Shown here: one piece after another, positions 42,301 through 54,227 of the stretch
Position numbering within the stretch: position 1 is the stretch's first letter
How the letters are laid out: each line of letters starts with the position of its first letter
From: Eledone cirrhosa
Lineage: Eukaryota
Length of the DNA: 64,000 nt
NCBI GenBank assembly: GCA_964016885.1
Contig: OZ024740.1
Span: 405,480,001 to 405,544,000 of the forward strand
Direction of reading: 5' to 3'
The notes under the pieces: generated by a model
Database searches by the model: none
The model's input: only the letters and a program-made list of their open reading frames with translations
Told to the model about the DNA's origin: nothing
Made by a program: the position numbers and the translations under genes

Positions 42301-42303
42301 CCC
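42262..42303 (-). promoter_or_regulatory. Putative -1 ribosomal frameshift signal
   Basis: G GGA AAC heptamer (42297-42303), 6-nt spacer containing the gag stop, then hairpin GAGGTC-C-GCTG-ATGGGGA-CAGC-T-GACCTC. pol is in the -1 frame. Confidence 0.8.
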
Positions 42304-43803
42304 GCCTTATGAAAGGAGCAAGGTTGCACGCAGTGACTCGCGTTCTCAGCAAATCACTCGTGGTACCAGCATAAAGATGAAGCTGGTGACTTAGAACGCC
42401 GTCTAAAACTTTGCGATCTCCCGCGACTGCGGGGGCGCGAACAGCCACCACACAAGGCCTTCATCTTGTGGAGCTCTATGGTGAGCTCCTGAATGGACCT
42501 TTGCATCGCTATAATGGTCGAGCTGTCTGTTGGCGTAGATCGCATGGCCGTGTGTGGCCCGAGCTGGGTGGTGAACAGCGGCAAGGGGGTCGCTGCCTCT
42601 GCATTCGTCACCTCGAAAACTTTGTCCGCATATGCGGCAAGCTGATCCACCGTGCTTGTATCACTCATGGGGGCCAAAATTGCCTGTACGTTGGTCGGCA
42701 GGCGCGAGAAGAACAACTGCTTCAGCAGGACAATTTCCGCTGCAGACCCCTCCGTTAGGTCCTTCATTCGCCTAAGGAGGTTCGATGGGGTGCCATCCCC
42801 TATATGTTCCAGATGGACCAGAGCCCTAAATCTCTTTTCTGAAGACTGTTCTGTCCGGCTGAGTATTTCAGCCTTCAGAGACGTATAGCGGAGAACTCGT
42901 TTTTGAAAGTGTTCGTTGTAGGAAACGAGAAACATATATATATCGTGAAATGCGACAGTTAGTTGATGCGTGAGAGAAAAAGTCTGTCTGAACGCGAATT
43001 TCACATGTGCGTGGTGTGTTCGTTTCTTGGAGAAACATATATATATATATCGTGAAATGCGACAGTTAGTTGATGCGCGAGAGAAAAAGTCTGTCTGCAC
43101 GAAAGTTTCACATGTGCGTGTGTGCGTTTCTTTGACTGAGTATTTTCATAGTTTGTCAATAAATTTGCTGTGTATTCGTAATGTTACTCACACAACACCA
43201 GATTTTGCTATTTTTTGTTGGGGGGGGGGGGGGGGCGACGACCACTTATACCAATGAACGGCTGCGTGTTCGTATCACGTCAGGGTTACCAATATAGCGG
43301 AGAACTCGTGTGTATGAATGTAACAAGGAGACATGGTTTGTGTGTATAATATTTAATCAACAATTTAACAGTATAGTTGACATGTCAATGAATAAACGAA
43401 AGAATGAAGCAAAGTTAGTAGTTACCGTTTTGATTGCCAGGCAAACGCGAGACGCCTGGCGAAGGCCAGGCGCCGGAAGGGCAAATGAGAGAGTGAGAAC
43501 TTAAAGTTGTTAGTTTTATAGGGTTCTGACCGGAAGTTACAGAAAGGGTTCTACTTCCTGTCTAGATGGTGTTGTGAGTGTCACAACAAGGGAGGCAACT
43601 GCTACAGACGTTTACGACGAGTCTGTGGTTGTCTCTAACACGAGGTCCTTAACCGCTGGGAGAATTGCCGGCGGAATTGCGCTAAGGACCACAGAATGTT
43701 GTAGTTCCTCGTCAACTCTGTTCGCCCTGAAGAATGCTTCTAACTGGGCGAACCATAGCCTCACGTCGCCCGTGTACGTTGGCAGAACAGAGTGGGAAGC
43801 CAT
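42291..43803 (-). pseudogene. gag: Gypsy gag, interrupted by element C
   Basis: LPTYTGDVRLWFAQLEAFF...[insertion]...TSLKAEILSR...IGDGTPSNLLRRM...LFFSRLP...CWYH..C..PC. Premature stops at 43612-43614 and 42354-42356. Confidence 0.9.
42885..43606 (-). mobile_element. Non-autonomous LTR element C (relative of B), internally deleted, inserted in gag
   Basis: TSD GACGT at 42880-42884 and 43607-43611. 5' LTR 43294-43606. Only 16 bp of the 3' LTR remain (42885-42900). Extended PBS at 43260-43291. Internal region matches 36650-36990. Confidence 0.92.
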
Positions 43804-44743
43804 TGGTATACCGTAGGCAATCTACCGTTTGGAAAAATATCTCTAACGTAACAGAAAAGGAAAACAAAATCGCTTATATCTCCGTCAAACCACTGGACCG
43901 GAAAAATAATGCATCCGGGACATATGCAAACAAGCGATTAAGTGAATGCTGTTATACTAAGGTAAGGGCAAGGAACCTAAAAAAAAAATCCAACATGGCG
44001 GACTATTTCGCGCCAAAAACATTATTGATGGAGAAGAGAGACTCCATCTTGTCATCCTCAAAAATTTTTAGCCAGAGAAGAGAAGGGCAGAAAAGGAGAG
44101 AAAAAAAAAGGCAAAAACATTTATACAATTGCTGTTTGTCTGTGTGTCAATAATTGTAGGTGTTCGTTTTGTATTAAATTGTTATATTTTTCTCTTTTTC
44201 TTCTGTCTTTCTTTTTTTTTACTTTCTACACCATATACCATTTCCCATTTTTTTTTTTTTTTTTTAAATCACATCGGGGGTCACCACTTTAGGAGATTAG
44301 TATCGGTGTACACATAAAATTATTATAAAAGACAGTAAATACCGGTGTGTGTTGTAATAATGTTTTTACTTCATAGAAGTCAAAGGTATTAAATGTTAAG
44401 AATTCGTTACCCGATGGTCACAACTCCAGGCTGAAGTTGGTAGAGAAAAGAAGAGATCTTTTCTAGCTGGTGTTAACATCTTAGGCTCTCAGGCTGAAAG
44501 TTGCATTGTTCTTGGTAGCGAAGGATTATCAAAAATGAATCATCTCAAGCTAAGGTCGCAGGTGTTACCACTTCGGAAATCAGGAGGCAAGAGAGATATC
44601 GTGGTGACCTGTTCCTTTTATAGGAGGTGACCGGAAGTGACCAACAGGGAGTCTGTCAATCCCAAAGAGAAGCAACTCCAGCTACTTCCTGTCTAGAGAG
44701 TGGTGATGAGATTGTCATGACAAGGGAGGCAACTGTTGCTACA

Positions 44744-45800
44744 GCACTTAAGAAGCTAGTTGTAGATGAATGGCTTGTGAGGGCCATGCAGACCATGTAT
44801 AGAGAAGCAATAAACAGAGTGAAAGTTGGCAATGAGTACAGTAATGAATTTGAAGTGAATGTGGGTATACACCAAGGATCAGTCCTCAGTCCACTCCTGT
44901 TTATCATTGTATTTCAAACCAACATTGAGGAGTTTAAAACTGGCACTCCATGGGAGCTCCTATATGCTGATGACCTAGTCCTCATAGCTGAATCTGTAGG
45001 AGAGTTAGAAGCAAAATCTCAAGCATGGAAGAAGAACCTAGAGTTGCAAGGCCTAAAATTAAATTTAGCGAAAACAAAAGTCCTAAGTAGGAAAGAAGAC
45101 AGGAAGGTTATACCATGAGGAAATTAACCTTGTTTAATATGGCAGAAGAGGTGGGCAGAAATTCCATAAGGTACACACAAGAGATGTAGTGGTATTTCAG
45201 GTAGGCTAACAGCTCCACGGAGGAAGTGAGCACAAAGAGCAAACCTGAAATAGATTCCCTCAGCTGCCAGGGAAGCTCCATAAAAATTTTTGACAGCTTT
45301 TGCTACCTAGGTGATCAAATTAGCAGTGGGGGAGGGTGTGCCAAAAGAGTGATAGCTAGGATAAGAACAGGCTAGGAGAGGTTTAGAGACCTATTACCAA
45401 TACTAACAACAAAATGCTTTTCTCTCAGAGTGAAGGGCAGACTGTGTGTAAACTGCAATGTTATACTGCAGTGAAACATGGGCCATGGCTGCAGAGGCTA
45501 GAAAGAAATGAGTCAAATATGCTCCAATGAATGCGTAATGTTAGTTTACATGAGCGACATAGCAGAAACAAACAGAGAGAAAAACTTAGCATAAGAAAAA
45601 TTGAATGTAGTGTGCAAAAGAGAAGTCTGCGTTGGTATGACATGTGATGTGGACTGAAGAGGCAGACACAGAAAGACATGGGATGAGGTTGTGAGGACTG
45701 ACCTTATAAAAACTAAACCTCTCAATAGAAATGACTAAAGACCACGAGGGCTGGCGTTATGTGGTGCCGAAGAAGACCTGACCTGCAACATACAATGTGG
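44744..45800 (+). mobile_element. RTE LINE RT, right half
   Basis: GIHQGSVLSPLLF, LLYADDLVL, GLKLNLAKTK, then a degraded C-terminus. Confidence 0.9.
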
Positions 45801-46312
45801 CCTGAATCCCCACCTCCACCATCGCTCATTAACAGCTATCCTCAACACTACTACACCCCCTCACTGCACACGCTATGCTCCCTCCTTACACACGTTCCTT
45901 GCTGCTTTCCCCTTGTGAAGTGGTTCCTGATGGGAAAGGCATCCAACTGTGGAAGGCTTGTCAAACAAAGGGTTGGGAGGACTCTTCAGTCATGTCAAGG
46001 CATGACAGCCTCCCTAGTATTTGGTGATCTACACAATAAATGCACCCACTACATGCTGTAAAGTGGTTGGTGATATGAAGGGCATCCAACTATAGAAAGC
46101 TTTCCAAACAAAGGGTTGAGAGGACCCTCAGTTATATCAAAGATAAGACAACCTCCCTTGGGCACTCAGTAGAATATGAGACGACAGATCCCTGGCTTGT
46201 CAGGGAGATCAGTAGCCACTGCTTCAGTACTGACTTGGACTATGTAAACCCATCCAACCCTTGCTAGCAGGGAAAGCAGACGTTAAAATAACGATGATGA
46301 TGATGATATCTA

Positions 46313-46347
<35 letters not shown>

Positions 46348-46669
46348 GTGGTGGGGATCTTGCCAGAAATATAAGGAACAGTGACATTATGGCGCTGAAG
46401 GGCTTTACTTGAAGCTGAAGAACGAATGACGTCATGTAAATGGAAGTACGATCAGGCTTCGCTCGCTTGCTTTCAGACTGTCATACACAGGGGACATATT
46501 TTTGCTATGTGAACTCAGGATATATATCTATAGGTTCTGATCAGAGGTTAGGTGGGTAGGGCACTCACGGATATACCCCATCTGAACAAGGTCAACCAAG
46601 GAGATGTCCCCCTTTACGACAAGCTATTTCAACCATGTGTGTTTTATTTTTTTTTGCTTATTCCTGACC

Positions 46670-47095
46670 CACAGACAGGATGGGAGAGCAGATGGACATC
46701 TATGTGGCAGGAATTGGGAAATTGGCCACACTTTCTGGATTTACAGGAGAAGGTTTGGAAAAGGTGGCACAGCTGGCATTTGTGAACGGTTTCCCTGATG
46801 AGGTATCAATGAAGCTGCAACAGCTGCAAGGCAATGAAACAATGTCCATAGGTCAATTAATCGCTCAAGCCCACGTGTCTAAGTGAAACACCAAACTGAA
46901 TGCTGTGGCATTACCAGCTATTGAAGCCTACAACATTATGCGGTGATCAACGAATGCCGAAGAAAAAAGAGCTGTGGCATGACCATGATCATTTAAAGAG
47001 TCGATTTGCTACCAGTTGGCCAACAACTGCAACCAGGGAATTAGTCAAAGCAAGCTTACTACACCTGTAGCTACCCCTACAAGTGATAAAAGAAG
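46670..47095 (+). mobile_element. Degraded Gypsy-like gag fragment (family D)
   Basis: GEQMDIYVAGIGKLATLSGF...QLAFVNGFPD. The end (47017-47095) matches the gag-pol junction at 48746-48830. Confidence 0.6.
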
Positions 47096-47287
47096 CCCTT
47101 TAACACCAGCCGTATCTGGCCAGGATTCTATCACCTCTTTCTGTTCTAACTGGCTATTCATACTGATGTTAAGGTACTGTTCTCAAAATAAATGATTTCA
47201 AAATCTCATAGATTCGAAATTATGTGAAATAAAGCCTTTACTGTGAAAATACAATAGTATATATAGAGTAATGTGAGTGTTATAGGG
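47096..47287. mobile_element. Degenerate piggyBac-type MITE copy
   Basis: Body is homologous to 27980-28161 and ends ...TATAGGG|TTAA. Confidence 0.65.
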
Positions 47288-47548
47288 TTAAGCAGTTTTA
47301 GATAGGTTGGTGCCAAAAAGGTTAAAGGGATTCTGGCTGGTCTGGAAAAGTTGATTACTTCGGAATTGTGGTATCCAAGCAATTCAAAAGATTGTTGGAG
47401 TTGAGCTTCATAAATAATACACAGAAACAAAAAACAGAAAACCTAAAAGTCACAAAGCTATGACCTTTTCCTTGATTTAATGTGAACCCATGTAAAATTT
47501 CAGCTACCTAAATGTGAAAGTGTAGCCTACAACTTGAAACATACATGC

Positions 47549-47596
<48 letters not shown>

Positions 47597-48639
47597 GTGT
47601 GTGTATGTATATATGCATGTATATACATATATATATCTTGTGAATACATTACAGATATCTCTGACCATAATTATCTATATGAGATAATCTCTATATCTTG
47701 TTATGTCTCAACTTTTAACAGTAAACATTTCCAAATGTACGCAATGGTAAATAAAATTTGGAAAATAGGTCGATGTACTTGTCAAATTTACAAGTACATA
47801 TCTCTCTCTCTCTTTCCCTCTCCCTCAAATTCCAAGAATACTAAAGAATAAACACTGTCAAAAGAGACTGGAATATAGTGGGTTAGTTGAAGAAAGTTAT
47901 TGCCTTACAAACAGCCAATAAGATTCATGGTGACATGGAGTGAACAAAATTTGAATAGCTTATCATAAATGTATAATTTGTTACCAAGAAATTTTAGTAA
48001 GAAAGAAGACAAAATCCTGAGTTCCCAGTGGAAGGAAGCTGCAGAAAAATGCAAAAGAAAATCTGGGAAGGAATGGTGAGAGTAGATTTCAAAATACTCA
48101 ATCTTACAGAGAAGATGATAAAGTATAACTAGTGGAAAGAAACTGCACTGGAGAAAACTTGTCTAAACTATTCAAGCATGGGGAAATGGATGTAATGTGA
48201 TAATGTGGCTTTTATAGCTAGCAGTTTTCTAGTAATATTTGACTGTCAATGTGATAGTCCTTTCTATGCATGGTGTAAATCAGAAAGTGATATTGCATAA
48301 ATGTCTGCAGCAGTTCCTCTTAATTTATTACTGCAGCTCTCTGTATCAGGATTTATAAAGACCAGTGGTTAACCAATTCAACAGTCCATAATCCAGAGAG
48401 CCAAGAAGGATCCCATGACTATCAAATTCTTAACTCTAAAGAGAAAAACCTTTAGCTCTCATGAATTTGGAGGGGAGTTCTAACCCCTACCATCACCACA
48501 CTACCTTATAGCCAGAAAGCAGTCTTGTTCAAAATCTGTCAGAGGTCCTGCTCTATATACATTATTATGTAACTCAATATAAGAGTTATACTTACCTTGC
48601 CAAGTCACTATAGAACATGTCCATCAGCCAAAGTGTTAT

Positions 48640-50880
48640 TGATTTGTATCCAGGGTCATTTGTGTCAGGGACCACACATGACAAGGGACTGCTGGGAGGC
48701 GAAGCCTGAAATAATTTGCTACTGATATAAGTAGGCAGGCCACATTGCCAACAACTGCAACCGAGGAAACAGTAAAAAGGGGAGTTACTGTACCAGTAGC
48801 TACCCCTGGAAGCGAGTAGAGGCGCTCTTGCAGTTGCTACTCATAGTGGATGGGAAGCTCTCATGAGTCCTTGTGAACAGTCTGCACAACAACACTAGTG
48901 ACCTCAGAGGTGCTTAAAAAGTGGAGTGGATGAGTGGTGTAAGGGCAGTTGATGGCAGGGAGATTGGATGCAGAGGTAGAGATGGCAGTACAAGGAATGA
49001 AAATAAGGCTACAGGTGATCATGATCAACCATGTGGTGGTTGGAACTGATGTGGTAATGGCCATGGATGTGATTGGCTGATTAGGAAACATTACAGTGAG
49101 TGAGAATGGGGTAACATGTGGTAGCATGGGATCAGCATGCACCGTGAATGTGCTACAGGGGAACAAGGACAGCCATGAAGAAAAATGTGCTGTTTATACC
49201 ATTCAAGATAAGTATTTCTGGGCTGTGTTCGATTATCAGCAATGGATAGTTGAGTGGTACTGGAAAAAAGAGTATCTAACATTGAAGAACAGAGGGAGCT
49301 GCTATCACCATGCCCTGAGAGGGGATGCTAGAAGTGAATTTGGAGAAGAGGTGCAAAGATGGATTGAGTGGGGCATATTAATCCCTTGGAAGGAGGAAAT
49401 ACAGAGCGGAGTATTGCTGTTAATGGCAGTCGTGCAACCAGCAAAGAACAAAGTCAGGACAGTGCTGGACATTCATGAATTGAATGAACACGTGTCACGC
49501 CACACAAGTGGCGAGGTTAGAGATATCTGCGAGGAAACCTTACGAGAGTGGAGACAAATGACTGGGACTTCCACAATTGTCAACTTAAAGTCAGCATATA
49601 TGCAGCTACATGTAGCTGAGAAATTGTGGAGGTATAAGGGCTTGACCAGGCTGGGGTTCAGGTTGAATTCAGCACCAAAGATCATGGTGACGGTTCTCAA
49701 GACCATTTTGGAGAAGGTGTACAAGGTGGAGAGGGCCACCAATTCCTTCATCGACGATATTTTGGTAGATGAGACCGTGGTGTCAGCAGCAGAGGTCTCA
49801 AGCCACCTAGGAAGGTATGGGTAGATGAGACCGTGGTGTCAGCAACAGAGGTCTCAAGCCACCTAGGAAGGTATGGGTAGATGAGACCGTGGTGTCAGCA
49901 ACAGAGGTCTCAAGCCACCTAGGAAGGTATGGGTAGATGAGACCGTGGTGTTAGTAACAGAGGTCTCAAGCCACCTAGGAAGGTATGGGTAGATGAGACC
50001 GTGGTGTCAGCAGCAGAGGTCTCAAGCCACCTAGGAAGGTATGGGTAGATGAGACCGTGGTGTCAGCAACAGAGGTCTCAAGCCACCTAGGAAGGTATGG
50101 GTAGATGAGACCGTGGTGTCAGCAGCAGAGGTCTCAAGCCACCTAGGAAGGTTCAGTTTAATCATAAAACTGCCAGAGGCAATGGAAGAGGGAGCTGTAT
50201 TGGGACTCAGGCAGCAAAGGGACAAGATGGTATTTTGGATGGGAAATGAAGTCCCAGAACTGGACACCAGCAAATTGGTGGGACACTATCCAATTGTGGG
50301 GGTCGCTCTGAACAGCATGCAGCTATGTCTAGAGACAGGCAGATGGGGTCAGCTGGGAGACAGAGTGAGAGAAAGGACAATAGCCATGCTGTAGGAGAGG
50401 GTAGAGGTGGAAAACCCAGTAAGAGGAAGCTGATATATACCCAAATTGGAGAACGGGACCATACAATGTCATGCCAGCAGCATAGTGCTTGGGGTCGCTC
50501 TGGAAATAGGGGATGTTGAGGTTGAGAATTCAGCCTGAATAAGGAAGGAGAACTGCAACCACATCAATGTGGCTGACTTGAACACCATGCTGAAGGGAGT
50601 GAATCTCGGCCTGAGATGGGGCTGTGCACCATAGAGATAAATACTGATTCAGCCACTGTACTCAGATGGGTGAGAGGAGGGTGAAAATGAGAAGGGCAGC
50701 AGAAATGTTAATAAAATGCCATCTGGGAACTCTGGGAGAGCTGGCAGCTGAGTTCGGCCTGAAGTTGAGTGTGGTTTTTGTGCCCTCGGAGAAGAATAGG
50801 TTAGACATCCTAACCAAGGTCAAGAAAGCCTGGCTGGAAGTGGAAGAAGATGTGAAAATGGGGATAGCTACAGTGTGACT
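48640..50880 (+). mobile_element. Degraded Gypsy-like gag-pol (family D)
   Basis: Two degenerate CCHC knuckles (C..GPHMTRDC; ICY...GHIANNC), RT (KVRTVLDIHELN, LTRLGFRLNSAPKIM, FIDDILV) and RNase H remnants (NHINVA, TDSATV). Confidence 0.8.
49764..50152 (+). repeat. 56-bp tandem repeat, ~7 copies, within the RT
   Basis: GTAGATGAGACC... starts at 49765, 49821, 49877, 49933, 49989, 50045 and 50101. Confidence 0.97.
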
Positions 50881-52094
50881 CATGTGGAGACACAATGCTA
50901 GGTCCCTTTGCTTCCTCCGACACTATTTTAGTCCTGTATCATTTAGCCTTTGTTTCTATGAGGTTCATCTCCTGGCAGCATATTTCCTGCCAGTTTCTGC
51001 AATCTGTGGCAGTTTTTCAATGGAACTTGGGCTTATCAAACATCTTTTACCATGAAGTCTTCAATTTTTATAGTTAAATTATTAGCTAGTCTTTCTGCTC
51101 ACTTATCATATGATTTCCTAAGTGTATTATGCTGAAATCCTTTGGAGATATACAACTTGTATTTTTGTTGTTCATTACACTTCTACTTCAGTTATCAAGC
51201 ATCAGAGATACTATTCATCGTTCTGTTGTTTTCTTTAAAGCAAGAATTGAATTCTTGCAGCAGAGGTTACTAAATTTTTCTGCTATATGTTTTCACTGCA
51301 AAACCTTCATCAGAACCTTTTCATTGAGTGTTATTGCTTGATATAGCCATCTTCTTTTTCTTTTCATAAATGATGATGATGATGTGTGCACCTCTCTATT
51401 GCTGGTGAAGGTTTCCCTACTATCAAATATATAGCTCATTTTTCAGAGATCTAATGGCAGTTCAAACTTCAGAGAATATTTGCATGAATTTGAGGTTTTG
51501 GATAGAAGGTTAAGTCAGTTTATCTGGGCCACAGTAGTCAACTATATAGTTTGACATCTGAATCTATCTATTTGCCTAAATTCTGTGTAAGTCATGTTTC
51601 TTAGAGACCAGCTCCTCAATTAATGGATGATTTAAAGAAACATTACAATATATATGTATGTATGTATTATTAAAGACACAATGAGGGAGGGGATTAGATA
51701 GATTCATATGACAGAGAATAAATTAAAATTTTATCCTTTAGTATTTTACCATAACACAAAAGGTGTCTTGATGGACACAGTTCCTTGCCACATCAAGCTG
51801 AAACCTTTACAGCCCATGTTATAACATGCTCATTCCTTTCAAACAAAGACACAGATGTATAACATCCCAAAACACTACTAGAAACACCATAGCCACCCAC
51901 TGAACAAACATAAAAACACATATGCTGAGAAATACCATCACCCTCAATTACCTCACTAACCCCAAACGCTGAACTGATAAAAGCAGAGTAACTGCAGTTG
52001 TTGTACTTTGTCTGAGTCCATCTTGCCTACCTCCACTGTGACAAACATTAAAATCTACAGGCACATAGGAACAGACAAGTCAAGGGAAGTAACT

Positions 52095-52542
52095 CTTTCT
52101 AACATTAGCACAAGGTAAGCAATTTGGAGAAAAGGAAAATGGAATTATATTGATTCCTGTACAGAACTGATACTTTATTTTATTGACCCTGGAAGAATGA
52201 AAGGCAAAGTTGACCTCGACTGGATTTGAACTTACAATATAGTAAGTCATAACTTAATACCATAAAGTGTTCTGTTGAATACTCTAACTACTCTGCCAAA
52301 CCACTGCCCTAAAGGTTAGAGGAAATAATTGTTTCTACTTTAGGCACAAGGCCAACAATTTGAAGGAGAGGGGAAAGTTGATTAAATCGACCCCAGTGCA
52401 TTAGTAGTGCTTTATCAACCCCGAAAGGATGAAAGGCAAAGCTAACTTTGGTAAGATTTGAACTTGGAACGCAAAGCGCTGTAACTCTATGCTGCATAGC
52501 ATATTGTCCGACATTCTATCGATACTGCCAATCCACTGCCCC
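52095..52542 (-). mobile_element. Two tandem SINE S1 copies
   Basis: Core ATGAAAGGCAAAG...GATTTGAACT at ~52197 and ~52429. Confidence 0.8.
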
Positions 52543-53177
52543 TTTTAGAGGAAATAATGCAGTATGTCCAAACTTTTTCATTGCACCCCAGGCAATTAAC
52601 CACTGCATCTTACATTGTGTAGTGTGGTTATCATGTTGGAGGAGGCATGATATATTTCGAACAAGAACAAAGTAAATCTCACCTAAATTATTTGACCAAC
52701 ATGTCATGTGTCTGCCCAATCAGAGCTAATCTGTGGCTACACAACAACAGTAACATGTTGAAAGTGATTTTACATTGTCAATGAAATAAAATGATAATGC
52801 TTTCAACTGATAATATCTCAGCTTGCAAAATAAACAGGCTAAACATAATATATCTAAATGTGATTTATTTTTTTCATTATCTAACAAAAAAATCTCTGGA
52901 CATTTACATCAGATTTAATTTACAGTTACAGCTGTGAAATTTAAATTTTATTCTATCATTTTTCCTATTAATTTGATTAATTAGGCTGATGAAGTAAACA
53001 TTTATATTTATTTGTTCTATTATTTATTTATTTATTGGTTTATTTAGTTAGTAGCTTATTTATCTATTAGTAGAGTGATATCTAATTTTGACGCTGGCTT
53101 TAATCTTCAGCTTAGAAAAAAGGTGTAGTTTCAAATATTTGTATCTACACAATGGAACAATTGACTACTAGCTTTAA

Positions 53178-53199
53178 CATCATCACCATCACCATCATC

Positions 53200-53264
<65 letters not shown>

Positions 53265-53472
53265 CATCATCATCACCATCATCATAATCATCATCATCAT
53301 GATCACCACCACCACCATCGTGATCACCATCACCACCACTGCTGCCACTGCCACCATCATCACCATCTCCAGCACCACCACCACCACCACAACAACAACC
53401 ACCACCACCACCATCATCATCATCATTGTCATTATTATCGCCATCATCAACATCACCATCTCCAGCACCACC

Positions 53473-53504
<32 letters not shown>

Positions 53505-53626
53505 TGTCATTATCATCAACATCATCATCACCACCACCACCATCATCATCATCACCATCTCCAGCACCACCACCACCACCACCGCCATCATCATCGTCAT
53601 TATTATCATCATCATCATCATCATCA
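53178..53626. repeat. Compound (CAT)n/(CAC)n trinucleotide repeat
   Basis: Seen directly. Confidence 0.95.
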
Positions 53627-54227
53627 GTTTACATTGTTTTTCCATTCTGGCCTTTGTTAAACAGGTGTCACAACATTTCAGCCCCTGTCACAGTCATTTA
53701 CCAACTAACACCAACACCAACATACTTGTGTATGCCCTTTACAGAATAGATTGTAGGGGTTGTGAGCAACATCACTAATTCCATTCATCTTGCTTCAGTT
53801 TATTCAGGGTTACTTCTCTTCTAGACAGGTGGCTTTTCATGTAACTTGTAGGATTCATGCCTCCCTTGTATGATTTGAACAGAGCCTTTTTTAATATTGT
53901 GTTTGTCTAGAATGTCCTATTTTCTAGATGCGTCAGCATTTACTAAGTCTGAGCAAACAAATCTGTCCATGATGGAAGCAATGTTACCAAGAGAATCTGT
54001 GATTGTAGTCTCAGGCAGCTGGGCATAATAGTGACCCCCCCCCCCCCAGTATGGAGTTAGAGGAGAGAAGGAGGAAGTTAGGTGGGTCAGAGTAATTACA
54101 GTGAGAATATGAGAAATTGAGGAGAAGCTGTCTCCATGATGTAGGTTAGAGTGGTCCTTGATCTTTAGAGGAGCTATTACTGCAAATACTGGGGCTTGTC
54201 TGGCTGCTTCCTCTCTCTGCACCAATC

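Larger units (their letters stand above)
38056..44743 (-). mobile_element. Full-length Ty3/Gypsy LTR retrotransposon A (inactivated)
   Basis: 455-bp LTRs at 44289-44743 and 38056-38510 (4 differences counted). TSD GCACT at 38051-38055 and 44744-44748. PBS TGGTGACCCCCGATGTGAT, PPT GGCAGGAGA. Domain order gag-PR-RT-RH-IN. Confidence 0.97.

Noticed and set aside
42354-43100. 248-aa ORF as a novel fusion gene
   Set aside because: Chance read-through from element C's non-coding sequence into the gag remnant, ending at a premature TGA.
38056-44743. Element A as currently active
   Set aside because: RT YIGD mutation, two gag stops, an insertion in gag and an integrase frameshift. This damage is compatible with about 1% LTR divergence.
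44627-45118. 163-aa ORF as an independent gene
   Set aside because: Antisense LTR sequence happens to be in frame with the split RTE RT.
48588-48600. ATACTTACCT as a second U1 copy or minus-strand splice donor
   Set aside because: U1 similarity stops after 10 nt, and no credible exon was found next to it.
49764-50152. CRISPR-like array (also 57219-57390 and 20640-20890)
   Set aside because: Head-to-tail repeats without unique spacers, no cas genes, and a eukaryotic context.
53145-53778. Poly-Met/Val, poly-Ile/Thr, poly-Ser/Pro and poly-His frames
   Set aside because: A trinucleotide repeat is open in most frames by construction, and there is no splice or homology support.
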